A stretch of DNA of 64,000 nt from an uncultured Chloroflexia bacterium. GTDB lineage: Bacteria > Chloroflexota > Limnocylindria > Limnocylindrales > CSP1-4. Made by a program: the position numbers and the translations under genes. The notes beneath the pieces are model-generated. The model did not search any database, was not told where the DNA came from, and saw only the letters and a list, made by a program, of their open reading frames with translations. The DNA lies in the NCBI GenBank assembly GCA_963748625.1, contig CAVVJT010000004.1:352001-416000 (forward strand), given 5' to 3'. This document shows positions 8,987-18,728 of this stretch, piece after piece. Positions within the stretch are counted from its first letter, which is position 1. Each line of letters starts with the position of its first letter.

Positions 8987-10882
8987 ATGCGCAAGGGCAC
9001 ACCGGCACCGGCCATGCGCCGGGTTCCCGAGCCGCCTCCGGACGACTCCCCCGTCCTCGCCTTCCTGCGCCGGCTCCACGAGCAGCACCTCCCGCTTACC
9101 GCCGGCGAGGTCGCCACCTACATTCCCGAGCTCGCAACCGCCGATCCAGGCGCCTTCGGCATCGTGATCGCCACCGTTGACGGGGCCCTGTACGAGGTGG
9201 GCGACACCGCAACCCCGTTCACGATCCAGTCGATGTCCAAGCCGCTCACGTACGCGGCGATCCTTGAGGTCCACGGCGAGGCTGCCGTCCGGCGCCGGAT
9301 CGGCGTGGAGCCCACGGGCGACGCCTTCAACGCGATCACGCTCAAGACTGCCGCCGGCACCCCGCTCAACCCGATGGTGAACGCCGGCGCGATCGCCGCC
9401 GTGGGCATGGTTGGTGGCGGCGGTTCCGATGGGCGGACGTCCGCCCTCCTGGGGGCGTACGCACGCTTCACGGGCCGCCCGCTCGTGATCGACGAGGCGG
9501 TCTATCGCTCCGAGTGCGATACCGGTCACCGCAACCGTGCCATCGCCCACCTGCTGCGCAGCACCGGCGTGCTCGACGACGATCCTGATGCCGTCGCCGA
9601 CGCCTACTTCCGCCAGTGCTCCGTGCAGGTGGACACCCGTGATCTCGCGGTGATTGCCGCGACACTCGCGAATGGCGGCCTGCACCCGCTCACTGGCGTG
9701 CGCGCCGCCTCGGCGTCCACGGTCCAGGACGTGCTGTCGGTGATGGCGACCTGCGGCATGTACGACGGCGCGGGCGAGTGGCTGTTCGAGGTCGGCCTGC
9801 CGGCCAAGAGTGGCGTGTCCGGGGGAATCCTTGCCGTCCTGCCGGGCCGCCTGGGGATCGGCGTCTGGTCACCGCCCCTCGACACCCACGGCAACAGCGT
9901 CCGGGGCGTCGCTGTCTGCCGGGCGCTTGCCGCGGAGCTCGAGCTGCACCTTGTGCGCGGGCAACGCGACGCCGGGCCCATCCGCACCCGCGCGGCGGTC
10001 GCCGCCTTCCCCTCGAAACGGTTCCGCTCCCCTGGAGAGCGCGCGCGCCTGCAGGACGAGCCTGCCGCCTCGATGGTCCTGGAGGTTCAGGGCGATCTCA
10101 CGTTCGTGGCCGCCGAACGGGTCGTCCGCGAGGCGCTGCCGACCGGCGCGGCGCCGGTCGCGGTGCTGATCGACCTGCGCCGTGTGAGCCGCGTGGACCC
10201 GGCGGTCGCCGTGCTGCTCGCCGATCTCGTGGGAGCGCTCGGCAGGCGGGGTGCTGCCGTTGCGTGGAGCGGGACGACGGACCATGCCGCCATCCTGAGC
10301 CGCGTGGACGAGATCCTCCGCGAGGAGAGGCTCGCCCCACCTGTCCGCCTGCCCGACCTGGACCTCGGCCTGGAGTGGGCCGAGGAGGTGGTGCTGGCAA
10401 GACGGGGCACGCCCATGACGATGACCCGCCCGGCGAACCAGTACGTGTCTCTCGACCGGCACCCCGCGATGGCCGGCCTCGACGAGTCGGGCGCCGCGAC
10501 GCTTGCGGCCAGCATGCACCGGCGCCACTGGAAGGCTGGAGACACGATCCTGCGCCGGGGCGAGCCGGCCGAGAGCCTGCTGCTCATCACGGGTGGGCGG
10601 CTGTCGGTCTGGGTTCCGCTGGGCGGCGCCGAGGCGAGGCGGATCGCGACGCTCGAGGCCGGGATGATGGTAGGCGAGCTCTCGTTCCTCGGGCGCGAGC
10701 GGCGCACAGCGGACGTGGAGGCCGATACCGACGTTGAGGCCTGGGTGCTCGACGCCGATGCGTTCGACCAGCTATCGGCCCAGGACCCGCAGATCACGGC
10801 CACCTTCCTCCGAACGCTGCTGCGCATCGTTGCCGGAATCGCGCGCCGGATGACCGACGAGGTGGCGCTGCTCGCGAGCTGA
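8987..10882 (+). CDS. glsA: Glutaminase A with C-terminal STAS and cyclic-nucleotide-binding domains
   Basis: GEVATYIPEL, FTIQSMSKP (SxxK), EPTGDAFN, NPMVNAGAI, TCGMYD, PAKSGVSGG; STAS (VQGDLTF...IDLRRVSRVD); cNMP (GELSFL...RTADV). Confidence 0.9.
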   Translation: MRKGTPAPAMRRVPEPPPDDSPVLAFLRRLHEQHLPLTAGEVATYIPELATADPGAFGIVIATVDGALYEVGDTATPFTIQSMSKPLTYAAILEVHGEAAVRRRIGVEPTGDAFNAITLKTAAGTPLNPMVNAGAIAAVGMVGGGGSDGRTSALLGAYARFTGRPLVIDEAVYRSECDTGHRNRAIAHLLRSTGVLDDDPDAVADAYFRQCSVQVDTRDLAVIAATLANGGLHPLTGVRAASASTVQDVLSVMATCGMYDGAGEWLFEVGLPAKSGVSGGILAVLPGRLGIGVWSPPLDTHGNSVRGVAVCRALAAELELHLVRGQRDAGPIRTRAAVAAFPSKRFRSPGERARLQDEPAASMVLEVQGDLTFVAAERVVREALPTGAAPVAVLIDLRRVSRVDPAVAVLLADLVGALGRRGAAVAWSGTTDHAAILSRVDEILREERLAPPVRLPDLDLGLEWAEEVVLARRGTPMTMTRPANQYVSLDRHPAMAGLDESGAATLAASMHRRHWKAGDTILRRGEPAESLLLITGGRLSVWVPLGGAEARRIATLEAGMMVGELSFLGRERRTADVEADTDVEAWVLDADAFDQLSAQDPQITATFLRTLLRIVAGIARRMTDEVALLAS

Positions 10883-10903
10883 CCGGTGGACGCCGGACAC
10901 AGG

Positions 10904-10939
10904 ACGACGGCCCGGGTGCTCTCACGCCCGGGCCGTCGT
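10904..10939. terminator. Hairpin between convergent genes (probable terminator)
   Basis: ACGACGGCCCGGG / CCCGGGCCGTCGT perfect 13-bp inverted repeat. Confidence 0.6.
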
Positions 10940-10976
10940 GGGTGTCGCTCCTGTCCCCTCGCGGGGTCCTGTGAGC

Positions 10977-11621
10977 CTAGCGGCGGGTCGCCTTCCTGCG
11001 GGCCGGCACCGCGACCACCAGCGCGATCGCCGCGGCGAGGCCGAAGACGATCACGCCGAAGCCGATGCCCGGGTCAGACCCGGTCACGCCAGCGTCCGTG
11101 GGCGGCGGGGTGATCCGCGGCGTCCCGGTGACCGCCTCGACAGAACTGCTCGGCGAGGCCGACGGCGGGTTGCTCGGCGGGTTGCTGGGCGGGGGAGGCG
11201 GCGGCGGGTTGCTCGGCGGAGTGCTCGGCGGGGCGCTCGGCTCCTTGCACGCCTCGAGGTCGAGGGTGTAGGTCTTGGTCCAGCCCTTCGAGCCGGTGGG
11301 ATCGTCCCAGGCCATGATGGCGACTGTTGCCGTGTGGCTCGCATACGGGTCCAGCCCGCCCCAAGTCCGGGTGAACGTGCTGCCGAACGTGAACGGCGAC
11401 CCGTCAACGGCAGCATCGTCGATCGCGACCGCGACCGAGTTCGTCTTCCCGTCCTGGGTGCTGTAGTACTTCAACTCCACCTTGAGCCCCGCGTCGCAGG
11501 TGAGCGACACCTTCGGCGTGTGGGCAAAGGCGCTGGTCGCGGAGACCAGCAGGAGCACGGCGGCGGCGACGCCGGCCAGCGCGGTACGGGTGCGGGCGCT
11601 CGCCCGGATTCCAGTGGCCAT
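10977..11621 (-). CDS. Secreted surface protein with Pro/Ser linker and sortase-like C-terminal sorting signal
   Basis: Signal peptide ending SAFA-H; small Cys-paired domain; PPSNPP repeats; ITPPPTD, hydrophobic helix, RRKATRR tail. Confidence 0.75.
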   Translation of the reverse strand: MATGIRASARTRTALAGVAAAVLLLVSATSAFAHTPKVSLTCDAGLKVELKYYSTQDGKTNSVAVAIDDAAVDGSPFTFGSTFTRTWGGLDPYASHTATVAIMAWDDPTGSKGWTKTYTLDLEACKEPSAPPSTPPSNPPPPPPPSNPPSNPPSASPSSSVEAVTGTPRITPPPTDAGVTGSDPGIGFGVIVFGLAAAIALVVAVPARRKATRR

Positions 11622-11822
11622 GTCAGAACCCCTTCCCCGGTGTTCGCGTGTCCGGCGCGCGTCCCTGGCACGGGAGGCAGCGCACCGTCCGGCCATGGGA
11701 GCCGGCGAGGATCACGCTTCGACAGTACTACCGCAAGGGGGGACTTCGGTACTAGACGATTGACGCAGGCGCACCAGAGACGGTGCGCCGTGGCACCGCG
11801 AAACCCTGCCCGTCGCGGATGA

Positions 11823-13028
11823 TCAGGAGGACTGGGTGAAGCCCTGCGCCGGCCACGGCTCGCAGCGGAGCGGCCGGTCCTCGCGGTAGCCGAGGGCATA
11901 GTCCGCCTGGATCAGCGTGTGGAGCTGGCTCGTCCCCTCGTAGATCACCGCGGCCTTGGAGTTGCGCAGGTACCGCTCCACCGGGAACTCGTTCGAGTAG
12001 CCGTTGGCTCCGTGGATCTGGATCGCGTCGAGCGCCGCCTGGACCGAGTGGTCGGTCGCGTGCCACTTGGCGAGCGACGTCTCCCTCGTGTTGCGGAGGC
12101 CCTGGTTCTTCAGCCAGCCGGCCCGCCAGACGAGCAGGCGCCCGATCTCGGTGCCCTTGGCCATGTTGGCGATCATCTGCTTGACGAGCTGGTGCCGGCC
12201 GATCTCCTGGCCGAAGGTCTCGCGCTCGTGGGCGTACTTCACGGACGCGTCGAGACAGGCCTGCGCGAGGCCGACGGCGCCCGCGGCCACGGTGAAGCGG
12301 CCCTGGTCGATGGCGCTCATCGCGACGAGGAAGCCCTCGCCCTCCTCGCCGATGCGGTTCTCGACAGGGACACGCACATTGTCGAAGTTGATGAGGCCGG
12401 TGTTGCCCGCCCGGATGCCCAGCTTGCCGTGGAGGGTGCCCGTCGTGAGCCCTTCCATCCCCCGCTCCACCACGAACGCGGTGACGCCCTTGTGCTTCCT
12501 GCTCCGGTCCACCGACGCGAACACCAGGAAGGTGTCCGCAATGTCGGCAAGGCTGATCCAGATCTTGCCGCCGTTGAGGACGTAGGAGTCGCCATCCCGT
12601 CGGGCGGTGGTGGCGAGGTTGCCTGCATCCGTGCCAACGCCCGGCTCCGTGAGGCCGAACGTGGCGAGCTTCTCGCCCTTCGCCTGCGGCACCAGCCAGC
12701 GCTGCTTCTGCTCCTCGGTCCCCCACTGCAGCAGCGTGAGGGAGTTCAGGCCGACGTGGACGCTCTGGACAACCCTGAACGAGGTGTCGGCGCGCTCGAG
12801 CTCCTCGCACAGGATCGCGAAGGAGATGTAGTCCATCCCCAGGCCGCCGTACTGCTCCGGGATCGGGGCGCCCAGGAACCCCAGCTCACCCATCCTGGTG
12901 AAGACCTCGCGGTGGACCTCGCCGTTGGCGTCCCACTCCCGGATGTTGGGCAGGATCTCCGCCTCCACGAAGGCGCGGGCGGTATCACGGACGAGACGGT
13001 TCTCGTCGGTCAGCGAGAAGTCGATCAT
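11823..13028 (-). CDS. Acyl-CoA dehydrogenase
   Basis: MIDFSLTDENRLVRD, FGLTEPGVGTD, LNGGKIWIS, IQIHGANGY, IYEGTSQLH. Confidence 0.93.
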   Translation of the reverse strand: MIDFSLTDENRLVRDTARAFVEAEILPNIREWDANGEVHREVFTRMGELGFLGAPIPEQYGGLGMDYISFAILCEELERADTSFRVVQSVHVGLNSLTLLQWGTEEQKQRWLVPQAKGEKLATFGLTEPGVGTDAGNLATTARRDGDSYVLNGGKIWISLADIADTFLVFASVDRSRKHKGVTAFVVERGMEGLTTGTLHGKLGIRAGNTGLINFDNVRVPVENRIGEEGEGFLVAMSAIDQGRFTVAAGAVGLAQACLDASVKYAHERETFGQEIGRHQLVKQMIANMAKGTEIGRLLVWRAGWLKNQGLRNTRETSLAKWHATDHSVQAALDAIQIHGANGYSNEFPVERYLRNSKAAVIYEGTSQLHTLIQADYALGYREDRPLRCEPWPAQGFTQSS

Positions 13029-13154
13029 GGGTGTCGCCTCTGGGCACGGGCGCGGGTTCGAGGGGCACGCGCCGATGCGCCCGATCCTACCCCCGCGCGA
13101 TCCGGCCGGCGGCCCCGTTCCCGGTGGGTGCCCGCCGCTGCCTATACTCCGCCC

Positions 13155-14457
13155 GTGGACACCAACGACGCCTCCGACGCCCTCGATCTCGCCGCCCTCG
13201 CGGCTCCCAACATGTCGCCGGTCCTGGGCCGGTACATGGACCGCAGCTGGTCCCACGGGATCGGTCACCGCCTGTACGACACGTCCGGGCGCGCGTTCCT
13301 CGACTTCGCAAACGGGATCGCGGTCACGGCCCTCGGGCACACCCACCCGCGCGTGACCGCTGCCATCCACGCCCAGGTGGACAAGCTCATCGGCCCGGTC
13401 CACGCGCTCGGGTTCGCGGAGTCGACGGTGGAGCTGGCGAGCAAGCTTGCGGCGACATTCCCGGACCCGCTGGACACGGTCATGTTCCTCAACTCCGGCT
13501 CCGAGACCATCGACGGCGCCCTCAAGCTGGCCCGTCGCGCGACCGGCCGCCCGGCGATCATCTCGTTCCGCGGCGCCTTCCACGGCCGCACGATCGGCGC
13601 CACGAGCGTCACCAGCTCCAGCCTCAACTATCGCCGGGGCTACGAGCCGCTGATGCCGTCCATCTACCAGACCGTGTACCCGGCCGTGTACCGCTACTAC
13701 GGCGGCGATGAGGACAAGGCGGTCAAGGACGGACTCAAGCACTTCGACGGCCTCCTCGCCACTACCGTGGCCCCGCAGGACGTTGCGGCGGTGATCATCG
13801 AAGCCGTCCAGGGCGAGGGCGGCTACTACCCGGCGCCCGCCGCGTTCCTCCAGGGCCTCCGCGAGCGGTGCGACCAGCACGGCATCCTGCTCATCGCCGA
13901 CGAGGTCCAGTCCGGGCTTCGGGCGCACCGGAAGGATGTGGGCCTTCGAGCACGCGGGCATCGTGCCCGACGTGGTCACGACCGCCAAGGCGATCGCGAA
14001 CGGGCTGCCCCTGTCGGCGATCATCACCAGCCACGAGCTCCAGGAGCGCTGGGGCAAGGGCGCCCACGGCACCACGTACGGCGGCAACCCGTCGCCTGCG
14101 CGGCAGGCGTCGCCGTCCTCGACACCATCGCCGACGAGAACCTGGTGGAGAACGTCCGCCTTCGCGGCGCCGAGCTGACGCGCCGGTCTCCGCGAGCTCA
14201 TGGCCGAGCACCCGGGCATCGGCGACGTGCGCGGGCCCGGCCTGATGATCGGCGTCGAGTTCGTGAAGGATCGCGCCACCCGCGAGCCGGACGGCGGCAG
14301 GGCCGACGCGGTCACCGCCGCCTGCGCGGATGCAGGGCTGCTGCTGCTCTCCTGCGGGATCCAGCACCAGGTCGTGCGGTGGATTCCGCCGCTCGATGTG
14401 ACCGTGCCGGAGATCGAGGAGGCCCTGGGGATCTTCGAGGGCGCCGTCGCAGGCTGA
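13155..14457 (+). CDS. Class III PLP aminotransferase (GabT-like); frameshifts near 13914, 14090 and 14180
   Basis: FLDFANGIAVTALGHTHP, NSGSE, FHGRT, EAVQGEGG, LIADEVQSG, TTAKAIANGLP, HGTTYGGN, GDVRGPGLMIGVEF spread across frames. Confidence 0.85.
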
Positions 14458-14480
14458 CGCGCCTGTTTGGGCCAGCCCGA

Positions 14481-14675
14481 TCAGCGGTTGCGAGCCAGGA
14501 ACGCCATCACATCATCGAGGCGGAAGCGACGATCGCCGCGCTTGCACACCCGGTAGAACGGTAGTTCACCGCGATCGCCAAGCCGCTTCACCGTGTTGAC
14601 GTGGAGGTGGAGCATCTCTGCCACCTCACTCGCCGTGAGCATGGGCCCAAGGTCGCGAACCATCATCGACGCCAT
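14481..14675 (-). CDS. Small excisionase-like/BldC-like HTH DNA-binding protein
   Basis: MLTASEVAEMLHLHVNTVKRLGDRGELPFYRVCKRGDRRFRLDDV (HTH_17 pattern); GAGG RBS. Confidence 0.85.
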   Translation of the reverse strand: MASMMVRDLGPMLTASEVAEMLHLHVNTVKRLGDRGELPFYRVCKRGDRRFRLDDVMAFLARNR

Positions 14676-15255
14676 ACGAGAGATCCTCTGTCGCTCCGAG
14701 GGCCGGCTCCCACCGAATGGGCACTGCGGTGCGGTCCGGCTCGCTGCTGAGCAGAGTGTCGGTGTCGGATGGGGTCGCGAACAGGCGTACTCTCGGGTGG
14801 TCGTGGTACCAGCGCGATCGGAACCGCACCCGACCACACCCCACCCCGCGCGACGCCTCGCGAGCCGTCCTGAGCGTGCCGGGCCCATCCGCAAGGACCA
14901 CCTCCAGTACCACTGGGGCAGGACGGAGGACCAAGGGCCCAGAACTCGGCCGGCGCGAGCATGCGGACAGGGCAGCCGGGGGCCGGGCCATGCCATGGGG
15001 GACGGGAGGGACCCGATAGGGCCGGGGGCGCGCGAGCGGCGCTTGGGGGCACATCCACGCGTCGATCGATCGCGACCGCCAGCCCCCGGGCGTCGCTCCC
15101 GGCGCCAGAGGCGCCGGGTGACGTGTGCATTGTGCGGTGGCCCGGCGCGTCCTGCACGCTCCTGTTGCAGGATCTGGTGCGACGGCGCACCAGTCGTGCG
15201 CGTCAGGAGGGCCGGCGCACCACGCTGAGCCATGGCCGCGCCCGGACGACCATGG

Positions 15256-15588
15256 TCAGACGACCTCCACGAGCTCCAGCTCGGGGGTCGGCGGGAACGA
15301 GCGCAGCTCCGAGCAGGACGGGCAGACCGCCTGGCCGGGGCCGATCACGTCATCGTGGCCCAGCGCACCACTGAACCCGCACGGGCAGGCCAGGCGGACC
15401 GGGAACTCGTTCGCCTCCAGCTCGGCTCCGTCGAGCGGCCCACCAGCGGTGAGCATCGCCCAGGCCTGCTCGAAGACATCGGCAGGGATGGTGGAGGCGT
15501 AGCGGATCACCACGCGCTTCGCTCGCGGTCCCTCCAACCGCGCGACCGCGGCATCCACCAGGTCCGCGACCAGGGCCACCTCATGCAC
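15256..15588 (-). CDS. hypA: Hydrogenase maturation nickel metallochaperone HypA
   Basis: MHE start, CPC and CPSC Zn ligands, last gene of the hox operon. Confidence 0.8.
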   Translation of the reverse strand: MHEVALVADLVDAAVARLEGPRAKRVVIRYASTIPADVFEQAWAMLTAGGPLDGAELEANEFPVRLACPCGFSGALGHDDVIGPGQAVCPSCSELRSFPPTPELELVEVV

Positions 15589-16057
15589 GGCGCTGCTCCT
15601 CCACCAGGTCGATCACCACGCGGGTGGCATCGGCCACCCCAGCCTCCACCTCGGGAGTCAACTGCTCCCCTACCTCGAGCGAGCGTACGCCGATGCTGAT
15701 CACCACGGTGGGCGGAGCCGCACCGAACAGGCCGAGCGCCAGCCCGAGCAGGCTCTGCGGCTCCAGGTGGTGGGTCATGGACGGATCGGCGTCACCCGAC
15801 GCCTCCACGTGCCGGACGCTGACCTCGCCGGGCGGGGGGCCCTCGGCCGCATCCACGAGGATGAGCAGCGACGCGGACGCGGCATCCACCGCCAGCTCGG
15901 GGGTGAGCTGGTGGGCCGTGCGCACGTCCACGCCGGCCATGCGGGGGTCGGCGGCGACCCGTTCGGCCACCGCAGGTCCTGCGCCGTCGTCGGTCCGGAG
16001 CGGGTTGCCGTACCCCACGACGAGGACGGCGCCCACGGCCGGACCGACATCCGTCAC
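15581..16057 (-). CDS. hoxW: Hydrogenase maturation protease (HoxW-like)
   Basis: VLVVGYGNPLRTDDGAG, HQLTPELA, LVDA, THH; directly follows hoxH. Confidence 0.85.
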   Translation of the reverse strand: MTDVGPAVGAVLVVGYGNPLRTDDGAGPAVAERVAADPRMAGVDVRTAHQLTPELAVDAASASLLILVDAAEGPPPGEVSVRHVEASGDADPSMTHHLEPQSLLGLALGLFGAAPPTVVISIGVRSLEVGEQLTPEVEAGVADATRVVIDLVEEQRRA

Positions 16058-17475
16058 CGGGTGATCTCGGACATCACAGCTCCGTCGGGCGCCAGCAGCT
16101 GCACGCGGAGCGCCATCTTCCCCAGGGCGTGGGTGGAGCAGGAGAGGCACGGGTCGTAGCAGCGGATGACCGCCTCGACCCGGTTGAGCATCGACTCCTC
16201 GAGCTTGTCGGCCTTCACATACTTGCGCGCGACCTGGAGGACTGCGCGGTTCATCGCCGCGTTGTTGTGCCCCGTGGCGATCACGAGGTTCGCCCACTCG
16301 ACCAGGCCGTCATCGTCCACCTTGTAGTGGTGCATCAGCGTCCCGCGGGGAGCCTCGGACACGCCGATGCCCTCGTTGCGGTTGATGCCGGCCGTGGCCA
16401 GGGTGTGCTTGTCGAGGATGTCAGGGCCGCGCAGCAGCTCCTCGATCTTCTCGACGGCGTGGAGGGTGTCGATCAGGCGGGCGTAGTGATAGTGGAAGCT
16501 GGAGCCCGCGATCCGGCCGACGCGCCAGCGGAACTTCTCCAGCTCCTCGTCGGCGCGCGGGGTTCCGCACTTCTCCGCCACGTTGAGGCGCGCGAGCGGC
16601 CCCACCCGATAGATGCCATCGGGGTAGCCCATGGGCTTCCAGTAGGTCGTCTTGAGATACGACCAGGGCTCCACGGCCTCGCCGATGTAGTCGTTGAACG
16701 ACTTCGGATCGATCTTGTCGGCGAGGAAGTGGCCGTCGGCATCCACGACCCGGATCCAGCCGCCGTAGTGGTCCACGTTGCCGTCGCGGTCAACGAGGCC
16801 CATGAATGCGGAGCGGAAGTTGCCGAGGGAGGCGGCCTCCTCCTCCCAGCGGAGCATGTCGTGCTTGTACCAGGCGATGGCCCGCTCGGTGGCGGCGATC
16901 GCGTCGGGGACCCCGGCGAGGATCCGGTCGCGGACCTCGGCCGTGAGCTGGAAGGCCACGCCTCCGGGCACGATGCCGGTCGGGTGGATCCGCTTGCCGC
17001 CCAGCCACTCGATGATCTGCTGGCCCCACTTGCGCAGGGCGATGCCGTCCTTGGCGAGTGCCGGATTGGCGTTCGCCACGCCGATGATGTTGCGGATGGC
17101 GGGGTCGGCGTCGAACCCGAACAACAGGTCGGGTGACGAGAGGTGGAAGAACGAAAGGGCGTTCGACTGGACGATCTGGCCCAGGTTGATGACGCGGCGC
17201 AGGTCGGCGCCCGTGGGCGTCGGCTCGACGGCCATGATGTCGTCCACGGCCTTCGCCGAGGCGACGAGGTGGCTGACCGGGCAGATGCCGCAGATGCGGG
17301 CCATCAGGGCCGGCATCTCGTGGACCGGGCGGCCCTGGGTGATCCGCTCGAAGCCGCGGAACTGCGTCACGTGGAAGTGCGCGTCCACGACCTCGCCGCG
17401 ATCGTCCACCTGGATGGTGATCTTGGAATGGCCTTCGATCCGGGTGACGGGATCGATCGTGATGGTCTGGCTCAT
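16054..17475 (-). CDS. hoxH: Group 3d [NiFe]-hydrogenase large subunit
   Basis: IDPVTRIEGH, L1 RICGICPVSH, EAPRGTLMHHY, L2 RCYDPCLSCSTH followed by a cleavable C-terminal tail. Confidence 0.95.
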   Translation of the reverse strand: MSQTITIDPVTRIEGHSKITIQVDDRGEVVDAHFHVTQFRGFERITQGRPVHEMPALMARICGICPVSHLVASAKAVDDIMAVEPTPTGADLRRVINLGQIVQSNALSFFHLSSPDLLFGFDADPAIRNIIGVANANPALAKDGIALRKWGQQIIEWLGGKRIHPTGIVPGGVAFQLTAEVRDRILAGVPDAIAATERAIAWYKHDMLRWEEEAASLGNFRSAFMGLVDRDGNVDHYGGWIRVVDADGHFLADKIDPKSFNDYIGEAVEPWSYLKTTYWKPMGYPDGIYRVGPLARLNVAEKCGTPRADEELEKFRWRVGRIAGSSFHYHYARLIDTLHAVEKIEELLRGPDILDKHTLATAGINRNEGIGVSEAPRGTLMHHYKVDDDGLVEWANLVIATGHNNAAMNRAVLQVARKYVKADKLEESMLNRVEAVIRCYDPCLSCSTHALGKMALRVQLLAPDGAVMSEITR

Positions 17476-17488
17476 CGTGCGGGCTCCC

Positions 17489-18018
17489 TCAGCGCCCGAA
17501 CCGGGCGCCGGCGACCTCGGGGGTCCTCCCGGACAGCAGGTCGTCGAGCAGGGTGTAGATCAGGTCCGCGGATGGCGGGCATCCGGGCAGGAACACGTCC
17601 ACGTCCACGAACCGGTTGACCGGCTGCGAGGTGGGCAGCAGCTGCGGGACCACCACATCGGGGATCATCGGGTTGATATCGACGTTCTCGAGATAGGCGC
17701 GCCGCAGGAGCGGCGGCACCCCGATCGGATTGCGCATGCCTGGGACATTGGATGTGACGGCGCAGTCGCCGAAGGCGATCAGCACCTTGGTCCGGGCCCG
17801 GACGGTCATGATCCGCTCGAGGTCGTCCTCGGACGAGACAGAGCCTTCGACGAGGCAGACGTCCACGCCCTCGGGGAACTCCTTGACGTCCACGAGCGGG
17901 CCGTACACGAGGTCGGCTCGCGCGAAGATGTCCAGCAGTCGCTCGTCGAGGTCGACGAGCACATGTGACAGCCCGAGCAGCCGTCGAGCCAGACCGTGGC
18001 GACACGCGGCTTGCTCAC
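17489..18018 (-). CDS. hoxY: [NiFe]-hydrogenase small subunit (frameshift near 17961)
   Basis: MSKPRVATVWLDGCSGCHM, then in the next frame DLDERLL...VEGSV...FGDCAVTSNVPGMRN...LPGCPP. Confidence 0.88.
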
Positions 18019-18728
18019 AGTCCTCGCTCCTCCTGGTGCACCCGGAGCCAGGGCAGGAACGGGCGCTTATCCTTGGTGCCGGCCGCGACCGGCCGGCCTT
18101 TCTCGAACAGGGCCCCGACGGGGCAGACCTGGACGCACTTTCCGCAGCTGGTGCAGGTGGTGGACTCGCCCCACGGGATGCCCATGTCCGCCTGGACCCG
18201 GGTCTCGAGTCCGCGGTGCATGACATCCCAGACGTGGGCGCCCTCGATCTCGTCGCACACCCGCACGCAGCGCAGGCACAGGATGCAGCGGTTGTGGTCG
18301 AGGCCGAACAGCTTGTGCGAGAGGTCCACGTCGACCTTCGGGCTGATCCGCGGCAGGTCGAAGTGGGTCACCCGCAGGTCGTCGGCGAGCTCCTGGAGCT
18401 CGCAGTGGTTGTTGGCGACGCAGACGGCGCAGACGTGGTTGCGCTCGAGGAAGATCATCTCCGTCGCCACTCGGCGGTACTCGGTGAGGTCGTCGTCGTG
18501 CGCGGTGACCTGCATCCCCTCGCTGATCTGGGTGACGCAGGCTGCAGCGAGCTTGGGCGAGCCCGCGACCTTCACGACACACAGGCGGCATGCGCCCCGG
18601 TCGTGGATGCCGGGCATGTGGCACAGGCCCGGGATGTCGATCCCGTTCTCCTCGGCCACCTCCATGATGCTCTGGCCCTCGTTGCCGGCGACGTCCCGGC
18701 CATCGATGGTCAGCGTGTAGACGGTCAT
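18015..18728 (-). CDS. hoxU: Bidirectional hydrogenase diaphorase Fe-S subunit
   Basis: IPGLC...GACRLC, HVCAVCVANNHCELQ, CILCLRCVRVC, CTSCGKCVQVCP. Confidence 0.93.
   Translation of the reverse strand: MTVYTLTIDGRDVAGNEGQSIMEVAEENGIDIPGLCHMPGIHDRGACRLCVVKVAGSPKLAAACVTQISEGMQVTAHDDDLTEYRRVATEMIFLERNHVCAVCVANNHCELQELADDLRVTHFDLPRISPKVDVDLSHKLFGLDHNRCILCLRCVRVCDEIEGAHVWDVMHRGLETRVQADMGIPWGESTTCTSCGKCVQVCPVGALFEKGRPVAAGTKDKRPFLPWLRVHQEERGL

Noticed and set aside
11919-13154. Long antisense/shadow ORFs (also 44503-47151, 22873-24798, 57725-59509 and others)
   Set aside because: Expected from stop-codon scarcity in high-GC DNA opposite real genes; no recognisable motifs
14481-14675. Prophage/ICE excisionase
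   Set aside because: No integrase or phage genes nearby; flanked by metabolic genes
17950-17970. Selenocysteine or programmed recoding in hoxY or the dehydrogenase genes
   Set aside because: The breaks are indels, not in-frame TGA, and no slippery heptamers were seen
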